Shown in pieces: positions 38,451 through 48,117 of a stretch of DNA of 64,000 bases; positions within the stretch are counted from its first letter, which is position 1; the number at the start of each line of letters is the position of its first letter. Both the position numbers and the translations under genes were made by a program. This DNA comes from Plasmodiophora brassicae. Its lineage: Eukaryota. The DNA is taken from positions 744,001 through 808,000 of the forward strand of contig CP145424.1 of the NCBI GenBank assembly GCA_036867785.1, in the 5' to 3' direction. Below the pieces are notes generated by a model. The model saw only the letters and a list, made by a program, of their open reading frames with translations, searched no databases and had not been told where the DNA came from.

Positions 38451-39140
38451 ATGGCCAAGGTGGACCGGTCGCATCGGGACGTCGACCCGGCCAGCGCCGG
38501 CCGTCAGGACGGGGTCGCCTTCATCGTGAAGGACCACGACTACTTCCGGGCGCTGTTCAGCGAGTACCGCGGCCTGCTGTCGAGGCCGACACTGTCGCCG
38601 AGCCGCGACGTCCTGGTGCGGAAGCTGGGCATCGTACGCGACATCGTCCGCGACGTGTCTGGGCACGCGTCTGCGGAGGAGCGGTACCTGTACCCGCTGA
38701 TCATGACGCACCTGCAGGACAGGTCGACCGATGAGAAGCAGTGCCTGTACGACCGCAACGTGACGGACGACACGCTGAACAAGCACCTGCTGCAGTTCCT
38801 GGAGAACCACCTGGACACGTTCGGCAACGTCGAGCGATGCGCGGACGCCTGCCAGATGCTGGCGCTGCTGGACCGCACCGTCGAGAAGTTCATCTGGATC
38901 GAGGAGGAGCACCTGAAGGAGGAGGAAGAGTTCGTCCTGGACCCGCTGTCCCGTGTAATGTCGGCCGACGAGAGGCACGACCTCTGGCGCGACCTGATCT
39001 GGGCGTTGCGCCATGGGCCGACGCATCCGCACCCGGAAGGCCCGTCCAGCCCCATCCCGTCCCTCGTCATCCATCCTCTGGTCGGTGTGCTTGACAAGCT
39101 CTTGGACAGGATGAAAGCGTCGGCAAGGGAGTCCGCCTAG
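38451..39140 (+). CDS. Hemerythrin/HHE cation-binding domain protein
   Basis: IVKDH, HASAEERYLYP, HLKEEEE, C-terminal PTHPHP. Alternative in-frame ATGs at 38280, 38289 and 38385. Confidence 0.8.
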   Translation: MAKVDRSHRDVDPASAGRQDGVAFIVKDHDYFRALFSEYRGLLSRPTLSPSRDVLVRKLGIVRDIVRDVSGHASAEERYLYPLIMTHLQDRSTDEKQCLYDRNVTDDTLNKHLLQFLENHLDTFGNVERCADACQMLALLDRTVEKFIWIEEEHLKEEEEFVLDPLSRVMSADERHDLWRDLIWALRHGPTHPHPEGPSSPIPSLVIHPLVGVLDKLLDRMKASARESA

Positions 39141-39196
39141 TAGCTGGTCGACGCGACAGCGACAACGATCAATACAAGCGCCCGTTTACTACTGCC

Positions 39197-40529
39197 CTAC
39201 ATGACGAACACGTTTCGGCATTCGTCCAGGTTGAAGATGTCGCCGGTTTCAGGGCATTTGACTAGGTTGCCGTTGCGGGCGGCCATGGCCTCCAGCGCGG
39301 ACCGGCTATACACCTGGCCGTTCGGCAAGGCCATCGGCGGGTTCGCATCGTCCATGACCTGCCCAGTGAGGCGACACACCAGACAGGAGATGGTCCGAGC
39401 CGATGGTTGGATCTTGGCCGCTAGTTCCACGACTGCAAAGGCCCCAGGTCAGTGAGGGAGCGGGGCCACGGTCAGCAGCGCCGCCGAACCATCCTGAGTG
39501 CACACTGGGCAATCGCTGATGCTCTGGGTGGCGCTTCCGCAGAATTCCGTCTTCAGGGCGGCCAGCCCGGCGCGAAGGTGTGTGTCCAGGAACGAGGTCT
39601 CCGATAAACCTTGACGCAACACGGTCAAACGCAAACGCAAGCGCAAGGAGACGGCCGCGCCGTACCATTCATCCGGTAGAAGTCGCGAAGGAACAATTGT
39701 ACCAGCTCGGCCCATCGCGCGTCGTCCAGCCTGGCACAGGACGAGTCAGGACGCGGGCACGATGCGGCCAGGAACGTTATTACAGATGCGCGTACGCGTT
39801 GACAGGTGCCTGGACGAACGCGAGCAGCGTCATGTACTTCCGCACCAGCTGGCCGTGTTTGCCAAAGTATGGCGCCAGGTGCTCCCGTGCATGGACGACG
39901 GCGCCCTGCAGGTCGCCCTTGCCGATCAGGACGGTAAACTCAAACACGCGCAGGTGCACCTCCAGATCACTGTCCAGTGCCGCCAGCTTTGACCGATTTG
40001 CATTGCACCACGACAGGGCCAGCCCCACGTCGTGCTGCTCCAATGCGCGAATCACCCGCCTGAACGACATCAGCACACAGGCAGGCGGCCGTCTTGGACG
40101 GCCTGACATACTGAGCGAGATCGAACAAGGCAACGTCGACGTAGTCGGTCAGTTGCACCTGGGCGGCGAGGGATCTCGCAGTGGACAGCCATCCGCGACG
40201 AAGCAGATGGTCGATAAGGAGGCGGTCGACCAGCGTCTTCCTTGCAAGGTCGCTGCCAGCGAACTGCACACGCCTGAGGCACAACTGAAGCTGGCGTTCC
40301 GTCTCCCGATCCAGGTCCGCCAGCCTGGCACGCAGCGCGTCGAGCGCGTCGGCCGCCGATCGCGAATCGCGCGACGCCCGACACTCCAGCGCCAGCATCT
40401 TCTCCGCGTTGCGGCACATCTGCCGTCGCCCGCCCTCCGTTCAGCATTCGGAATCGCGTCCCCCCCTGACCCACGGCAACGCACCTTGGCCGATCGTTCC
40501 AGCGGGTGCCGCAGCACCGTCGTCTCCAT
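39197..40529 (-). CDS. MAEA: CTLH/GID E3 ligase subunit MAEA/Gid9-like
   Basis: LisH DRLLIDHLLRRG, CTLH ALSWCNANRSKL, LRAGLAALKT, CPVC, degenerate RING MDDANPPMALPNGQVYS..CPETG. Confidence 0.85.
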
Positions 40530-40715
40530 GCTGCCTGGTCCCGCGCGACCTGTGTGCCACTTTGTGCGAAGTCCGTGCCGTTGCGAATTGCGCCCCCAGC
40601 TACTGTACGGCTGTACCCGTCGATCTATTTTCGGGACCAGGTAGCACCGTCCGGCAAACCGGACACCATTGAAGGTCGTTGCCGCGTTGATAGGGTTCGC
40701 AAGCGTCGGACGGCA

Positions 40716-41726
40716 ATGACGAGATACGTTACGTGGATGCTGGTGCTGGTTGCTCTGTGGGCTGTGCAGAGCGCATCCGCTGTGGACTGTTCGGTCTGCG
40801 GCAGGGCAATGGAGACGACGTGGCGCTGTGGCAAGTGCAAATCGGTCAACTACTGTTCCGCGGATTGCCAGAGGGCGGACTGGCCGCGCCACAAGCGGGC
40901 CTGCGAACGCCAGGGGGCGGACGGCGACACCCTCAAAGCTCGTTCGGAGGCGTTCCTGGCGCGTGTCCTTCAAGACTTCGCCGGGACGAGCACGCCGCGC
41001 CCGGAACAGCTCGTAGAGCTAGGCAATGACATGCCGCGCCTATACGAGAACAAGGGTGCACTTGTTGCTGAATGCCTCAGGGAGGTGGTCGCGCCGGTGC
41101 TGCAGAGGCAGCTTCCGAGAGAGACAACCTTGGCCCCCGACTGGTACATGCGTGACGAAGACGCGCGTCGTACCGCTGTGGACATTGTCGACCACACGCT
41201 AGAATCACTGGCCGTCACCGTGGCGAACGCGCCGTTCGAGACCGCGTTCAATCAAGAATTCTATAAGCTGATGCGGACGGTGAGGACGGTGCCGACGCGC
41301 GGATTGGTCGAGCAACTCACGAAGGTCGCCAGAATGACGGCCGTGATGAGGGTTGGGAACCCAAAGGTCTTGCCGGGATTCGACGAGTTGGTTTTGCAGA
41401 CTAACAGTTGCAATGTCCTGAAAGTCATGCATGAAGAAGACCTGATGCAGGTTGAGCCGTTTCTGCGACAGGCGCTGGAGCATCTGCCACGTACCTTCAT
41501 CGGACCAGAATGGGGCCACGGTTGCGACAGGCTCGGATGGAAGGAGATGGACCCGGATACCCTCGAGCGCGATGCCGCCTTCATGCGCCTGGCAGAGCCC
41601 GCAGTCGACCAGGCCATCCAGCGGACCATCGCATCCGGCGTCAGGCTGCCGAGGAACCCGACCTTCCAGGAGGGCATCAAGGCTCACCTGATCAAGCGCG
41701 TCGCCGATACAGTCCTGTCGACGTGA
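40716..41726 (+). CDS. Secreted MYND zinc-finger protein with unknown helical C-terminal domain (candidate effector), intronless
   Basis: Signal peptide MTRYVTWMLVLVALWAVQSASA; MYND CSVC..CGKC..YCSADCQRADWPRHKRAC. Confidence 0.8.
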   Translation: MTRYVTWMLVLVALWAVQSASAVDCSVCGRAMETTWRCGKCKSVNYCSADCQRADWPRHKRACERQGADGDTLKARSEAFLARVLQDFAGTSTPRPEQLVELGNDMPRLYENKGALVAECLREVVAPVLQRQLPRETTLAPDWYMRDEDARRTAVDIVDHTLESLAVTVANAPFETAFNQEFYKLMRTVRTVPTRGLVEQLTKVARMTAVMRVGNPKVLPGFDELVLQTNSCNVLKVMHEEDLMQVEPFLRQALEHLPRTFIGPEWGHGCDRLGWKEMDPDTLERDAAFMRLAEPAVDQAIQRTIASGVRLPRNPTFQEGIKAHLIKRVADTVLST

Positions 41727-42151
41727 CGACGTGATTAACGATGCCGCCAGCCAATCCGGCGTCCCTCCCGCTTTACTTAACGTTGTTGTTTGCTCTGTCG
41801 AATGAGAGGGGCGGTATCCAAAGTGCATTAGCCGTCGGCCCCATGGCAGGAGCCGATGCTTTGCCTGTTCGAAGTGCGTCGACTTTCACAGTCACCATCT
41901 CTGACTGGCGAAAGGCGGATCTCGTCCTTGCCTCCTTGCCCGCTTCGTTCCGTCTCTCGTTCGTCTCGTGCGTACGATGGCGTCTGATCCCGCCAAGACG
42001 GGAATTGTTCGGCATAGATGATTGGGCAAACATCGGGGCAGCGATGACCAGGGAGAGGTTCGTCGAATCGGCCAATTGGAAGGTCGGGTGAAGCAGGGGC
42101 AGACGTCACAGAGCCAGGGTCCATACTGTACTACTGCTAGCCGGTCGGCCT

Positions 42152-42598
42152 ATGCGGGCGGCAATGGAGGCTCGACTGGCGGCGACCTGGTTGCTGGTGG
42201 CCTGGGGCACCGGCCTGGCCTGGCCGGCGAACAAGGAGATTCGTGGACTGGCGAACGGGTTTATCAAAGCGAACCGGGACTTGGAGGTGGATCCGGGGAC
42301 GGCCCCGCCGCCGTCCAGCTTCCACATGCCATCGCAGAGCGAGATCCTGTTGACGATCTTCATGGTCGGCGCCCTGATCTTCGCCGTTCTCTATGCCATC
42401 TACCTGCTACGGGACGTCCTGCGACCCTGCATCGAGTTCATGGAGAAGTCGATGGAGCTGATCGTCAAGGTGCTGGTCTGGCCGGTGAACAAGGTCCTCG
42501 GGTGCGTCAAGGACACCATCTACCCGGTCAAGCAGTGCATCTACCTGTCGTTCGAGCACATGGATTACACCATGCACCCCTGGAAACGCACGACATGA
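42152..42598 (+). CDS. Signal peptide plus single-TM small protein
   Basis: LAATWLLVAWGTGLA N-terminus and TM ILLTIFMVGALIFAVLYAIYLL; strong coding bias. Confidence 0.65.
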   Translation: MRAAMEARLAATWLLVAWGTGLAWPANKEIRGLANGFIKANRDLEVDPGTAPPPSSFHMPSQSEILLTIFMVGALIFAVLYAIYLLRDVLRPCIEFMEKSMELIVKVLVWPVNKVLGCVKDTIYPVKQCIYLSFEHMDYTMHPWKRTT

Positions 42599-42633
42599 CG
42601 ACGAATACAAGGAATAGCGCAAATGTCATCAGA

Positions 42634-44792
42634 TCAGGCATTAACCCGTTCGGCATGAACAGGAGGCCGGGGTGGCGATGAGTGAAGCCTGGCAGGCGCA
42701 CCCATCATCAGGTCGCGGCCGCCAGCCGTCTTCGGGAACGCGATGACGTCACGAATGGCGCGCGGATGGTTGGGCGTGCCGAACAGGGACACGAGACGGT
42801 CGAACCCGATCGCAATACCACCATGAGGCGGGGCCCCATGGCGCAAGCCGTCAAGAAGCGCAGCGTACTGGTCGGCAGGTCGCTGAAGAATCGAGCATAG
42901 AACGCTGGGGTCCATAGTCAGTAGCGCACGACAGACCTGTGTCGACAGTGGGCGCGTCAAACCGTCGCTGGTCGTCTTCCCGGTGGATCCGAATCGAACC
43001 GCCTCCGAGCTCGATGCCGTTTACGACCAGATCGTAGCTTTGCGAACGCAGTGCCAGCAATTCATCGCGAGTGTTCGCGGAGAGGAACGCCCCTCGCTCG
43101 ACAGGAGCGGTGAATGGATGGTGACAGCACTGCAGCCGATCCGGATCTTCCTCGCAGACCTCGAACATGGGCATATTCGTGACCTGTTCACAGCGAGTCA
43201 GGTACCGACGACAGGAGTAGGTTGTTTAGACGGACCCAGAGCCATTGCGGGTCAGTATACTCCAGAAGGCCATGCGAATGGAGCAATGACGCAATCGACA
43301 CTCGGGACAGGCCAATTCCCTAGCGGCACCGTTACGGCAGCGAAGACGTGTGCACGGCGGCCATCGTGACCCACCTTCAAGTTTCGGGACAGGACTAAGC
43401 AGTCGTCCGGTTTGGAATCGGGGAAGTGGGACAGGACGCCCTGGCCCGCCTCGGACACGGGCACCGCCTTGCAGCATTCACCATGGGACCACTGCTCGGC
43501 TGGGACTTGTGAAAGGCCTGGGCTTAGGAAGCCGAACCAACCATCTGAGCAGGCAATACCTCTATAACCGAACGCGCGGGAACATGAACAGCTTGTCGCT
43601 TACCTCCTAGGTCTTGGATCTCCATCCCGAATCGAAGATCCGGCTTATCAGTGCCATACCTCTTCATGACTTCATCGTAGGTATATCGGGGGAAGGGTCC
43701 CGGAGGCAGGCCCAGACGAGTCTCCGGCAGGGCGGTGGCGAGGTGACACAGCATAGCCTCGGTGGCATTCATGACCTCGTCGCTGCCCACGAAAGCCATC
43801 TCGGCATCGATCTGCGTGAACTCGACCTGCCGATCGGCCCGCCCGTCTTCGTCGCGGAAGCACCGGGCGAACTGGAAGTAGCGATCAAACCCGCCCACCA
43901 TCAGCAATTGCTATAGCGCAAACCCGTATTACACAGGGTACAGCAGAGACACGAACGGGAATCAGTACCTTGAAGATCTGAGGCGACTGCGCCAACGCGT
44001 AATACTCTTTCGGGTAGCGAGTTGGGACGAGGAATTCGCGAGCGCCTTCCGGCGAGGATGGCAGCAGGACAGGCGTTTCGACCTCAGTGAACGAGTTGTC
44101 GTCGAGGAAGTCGCGAATGACCCGGGACGCCTTCGAGCGCAGGTGCAGCACCTGGTGCAGTTCCGGTCGGCGAAGCGCCAGATACCTGTAGCGTAGCGCG
44201 ACGTCGCCTTTGCTGGCGTCGTCAGGCAGCGACCATCGATCGACACCAACCTGATCCGGGCTTCAGAGCAGTAACGCAACCGGGACGACGTGGCGTGACG
44301 ATTACATCGCTGATGACGCGGACGTCATCCATTGCGATCTCGTTGCGATCTCCGGGGCGGTTCTGCTTAACCGTTCCATCGACAACGCAGACTTGGTGGA
44401 CGCGAAGCGCACCGGCGACGGATGCGAACTGGTCGGGTCCGCCCCGGGCCCGATCCTTCGACCAGACGCCCTGCACGCGACCTCGCCCATCCTCAACAAC
44501 AACGAACAGCATGTGGCCTGTATATACTATGGTCAGCAGCATTGCGGCGAACGGGGTTTGGCGTGCAACCAGTGTTACCCAGTGGGCGTACGGCATGAAG
44601 GAACCCGCAGACGCGAACCTGTGGCAGCATCCGAACCTCAATGCACGAGCGCGAACGCCAACAGGGCACGGTTACGGGCGTGCCAACGGGCATGCTGGCG
44701 ATATCCGAGCAGTACGCCGTCCTGTCCGGGCCGATCCATTTCGCCGCCGTCGACAGGCACCGACGCAGGAACGCGCGGCACGGTACCCGCAT
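42634..44792 (-). CDS. DARS2: Mitochondrial (bacterial-type) aspartyl-tRNA synthetase, multi-exon
   Basis: [90 protein letters not shown]. Confidence 0.95.
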
Positions 44793-45134
44793 GCCGTGCA
44801 GTGGGCGGAATAGGTATTGCGTCTTCAGCACTACAGTGTTTACCGTACTTAGTCTGTATGCGCGATTAATGTTAGTTCACAATTAGTGTGATACACACTA
44901 TTCAGGGTTGGCTGCTCTTGCCACACGTCAGTATATACCGGCTGATGTGTCGTATTGCGCAATTTGACATGTCGTAGTGCACGACACGATGTCGAAGAAT
45001 AACACAAAACAATTTATGATGTTGACTTTGAACCTCAGCTCGAAGAACGTTGTTCAGCTCGTCGTCACAGATTGGCGACCGCACGCGACAGCAGCTAGAA
45101 ACGGCGCGAATGCGGGATCTGGGTTTGCAAATCG

Positions 45135-45330
45135 GTGACTTCGGCTCGAAGCGCCGTCACCTCCGATCGCAGCTCCGTCACCTCCGATCGCAGTTCCGTC
45201 ACCTCCGCTCGAAGCTCCGTCACCTCCGCTCGAAGCTCCGTCACCTCCGATCGCAGCTCCTTCACCTCCGATCGCAGCTCCGTCACCTCCGCCCGCAGCC
45301 CCGTCACCTCGGCTCGCAGCCCCGCAACTT
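45135..45330 (-). repeat. 21-bp tandem repeat encoding LR(A/S)EVTE heptads (coiled coil) within ORF 45095..45559
   Basis: About 9 copies of a gctccgtcacctccgatcgca-like unit; the minus-strand frame reads LRAEVTE. Confidence 0.85.
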
Positions 45331-45528
45331 CGTCTCGTACAGAATCAAGCGAAGTTTGAAGACCACGCAAGAGGCGATGGAGTTCACCTGTGCAAAGTGA
45401 TGTGGGCATCAGTCCGGATAAGCAGCACGCCGAGCACGCATGCATCCGAACCATTGTGTACGAATGAACCGATCGACCAATATCCGAAACCACGTACTCT
45501 CTGAAGCACCCTGCTCCCGCTCCAAGCT

Positions 45529-45701
45529 CCGAGTCGCGGGTATGAAGTTCATACTCCAAACGTCATGTCAGGTGAACGGCGCGAGGGTATTTCGCGCCGT
45601 TCACCTGACATGACGTTTGGAGTATGAACTTCTTGAGGAATACCCTCGCGCCGTTCACCTGACATCACGTTTGGAGTATGAACTTCATACCCGCGACTCG
45701 G
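45529..45701. repeat. Three-arm inverted repeat followed by a C19 tract (45714-45732)
   Basis: Arm 45529-45591 pairs with 45639-45701 (full length) and with 45592-45632 (partial). Confidence 0.92.
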
Positions 45702-46451
45702 CGACATCGGGTACCCCCCCCCCCCCCCCCCCAATGCGCACTGGGGCCCTATGGGGCAAGACCGCGTGACGTGCCGCAGTGAACACAGTGGATCCGGGCG
45801 CCCTCAAGTCCGCAACTGCAGTGGCCGCCCTGGTTACAAGGTCGCGAGTTCCAATACGTCGCATTGTGGCCTGTGGGTTGTGCTGCGCGCTCTCGCACCA
45901 GAACGCAATGGAAATAGTTCTGATCGATCAGGTCGGTGCATGTGGCAATCCCCGCTTCTGGAACTCGACCGTGTACATGTGCGCCACTGTCCTGCCGAAC
46001 TATGTAGCTTCTTGGTCAACTTGATGTGGAAGGCGCGAGCGAAAACGTCGGCGCGACAGTCTGGGTGGTCATGTCATGTGCGGAAGGAGCTGCCCCTTGA
46101 TTTCCTGCCACTTTGGAATGCGTGCAGGGCATGGCAATGAACAGATCGGGCTTACCAAACTTGCTCACTAGGGCCAATTCTGCCCTGGAACTCGGTGGGA
46201 TCGGCGACCCGGAATACTCCCGGCCCCAAGTTCCGCGACCGGGCGGCAGTCGTCGTCCAGTGGCCCGGTGCGTCGCCGAAGTGCAGTCAACAGTGGGCAG
46301 CAGGGCCGCTGCGTTACGTTTTTGCGACGTCGTTGGGCGCTGGGTTGCCGCCAGCCGCCGTGCGCTGAGAGCTGTGTGTGTGTAGTCAACAGTGTGGGGC
46401 GGGCGGCGGCGGGCCGTTCAGTTTCTTTTTGGGGTTGTTGGGCGCCGCCGG

Positions 46452-47861
46452 ATGGATGTCACCGTGTCGTCGTCGCCCGCGGCGACCGAGCGGGCGCGTC
46501 GGACGGTGTCAGCGCAGGAGTTCCTGCGGTCGATCCCGTTGGAGCGTCCCGGATCGGGGCTGGACCGGGCCACCAGCGCACTGACGGTCGACCACCCGCT
46601 GATGTCGGTGCTGGATCCGACGTCGGCGATTGACCAGGCGGAGGCGGTCGTGGAGGCGGTTACGCAGCGGAAGCGACCGCTGTTCGCGAACTGCCCGCGC
46701 CAGGGGATCGGGCAGACGCGCACGCAGTGGGAGAGGTCCATGACGCCGCATGTGCTCGGGTCCAGGATCATGGTCGGACGGTACGGCGGGTCGCCCATGA
46801 TCGTCACGAGCGTCATGGCGCACAAAGGGTCGGTGCTGACCGCACCGCTCGAACGACGCGCCAGCGTCGATCGGCACGGACCCGTCGATCCCGACGTTGG
46901 CCGACTCGAGCTGGAACCCGGGCAGACCGGCGTCTCGTACCGGGCGCTGCTGGATCCGCAGACGTCGAACCTCTTCCTCTCGTTATACAGCCCGAAACTG
47001 CTCGATGACCCTGATGCCAAACTCGGTCAGCGTCGCATAAACGTCGTTTGACCCAAATGTGTTGACCGGGTGTTCAGGGTCAAACCGGTTGATCATGAAC
47101 TTACCGTGCTACATGTCGAGCGTGATCGCGTTTGTTCGGTCCAAGGTAGCGGACGCGTCCGTATCGGGGGTTTCATGTTGCTGATTCGTGGGTCAGGATC
47201 TGCGACTAGACCTGAATCAGCAGTTCCGACTGAAGCATCCATGGTTGCCGCCGTCGATGACGCTGTCGAAGCTGCGAAGCGTGAAAGCGAAAATTCTACG
47301 CGTAATTGTCGAGCTGGAGATGGAGGTGTCGACGGCCGCGATCGCAGTGGCGTACTTCGAGATGCTCGTTATCAAGGGCAGTGTCCGGAAAGAGACGCGA
47401 CACTCCATAGCGGCTGTGTGCCTCATGCTGGCGTCCAAGTTCAATCCCTCTGGCAGTGAACACAAGGACCTTCTCGAAGTACTCGTTTGTATCGTCTTTT
47501 TTATGTCCGCCCTCTAATGCTTGGTCAAGACGCTCTGCGAGGTGTTCCGCGTTCGTCGTCAGACTCTCATTAACCTCGAGCTGTTCGTATTTGTTCAACT
47601 CGAATTCAACGTACGACAGCGTGCAGTCGCGTGAATCAATGTGTGTGTGTGTGTCTGACAGTTGCGTCCGTGCAGTTACACCTAGCGCCCTCTCAGGTTT
47701 GGATTGCGGATGAGCGTGCGCGCTATCGTAACTTACCCGCATCCCAGATCCTCCCACACTTCTCGTACCTTCTACAGTCGATGGACAGCGATGTCGTGGA
47801 ATATCTCGGCAGACACTGCTACGAACATTTCTGCATGTCGCTTGGCATGGAACCCCAATAG
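46452..47861 (+). CDS. CABLES: CABLES-like cyclin-fold protein
   Basis: YSPKLLDDP, DLNQQFRLKHPW..MTLSKLRSVK, STAAIAVAYFEMLVIKG, AAVCLMLASKFN, ILPHF. Confidence 0.82.
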
Positions 47862-48117
47862 GCAATGGCGCCTTCAGGTCCGATCGCGACCCAGCCTTTA
47901 AGGCACGGCAGACCAAATGATGGCTTAATTCGTGGGTTCGTCGTCATGATCAAGGCTCAGGCATTCACGTGCCAGGTGTACTCTAGCCAAGTGAATCGTG
48001 CCGGATCTTGTGGGGCCGCGGTCCGCCTTCTAGAATTGTCGTCGACGTCAACTCTGATCGCAGTGCTCTTTCGACACGTCGTCTAATTGACATCAAACGT
48101 TCATAATATGTATTAAA

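Noticed and set aside
45135-45330. Possible CRISPR-like array
   Set aside because: Contiguous 21-bp units with no unique spacers; encodes heptads; eukaryotic context.
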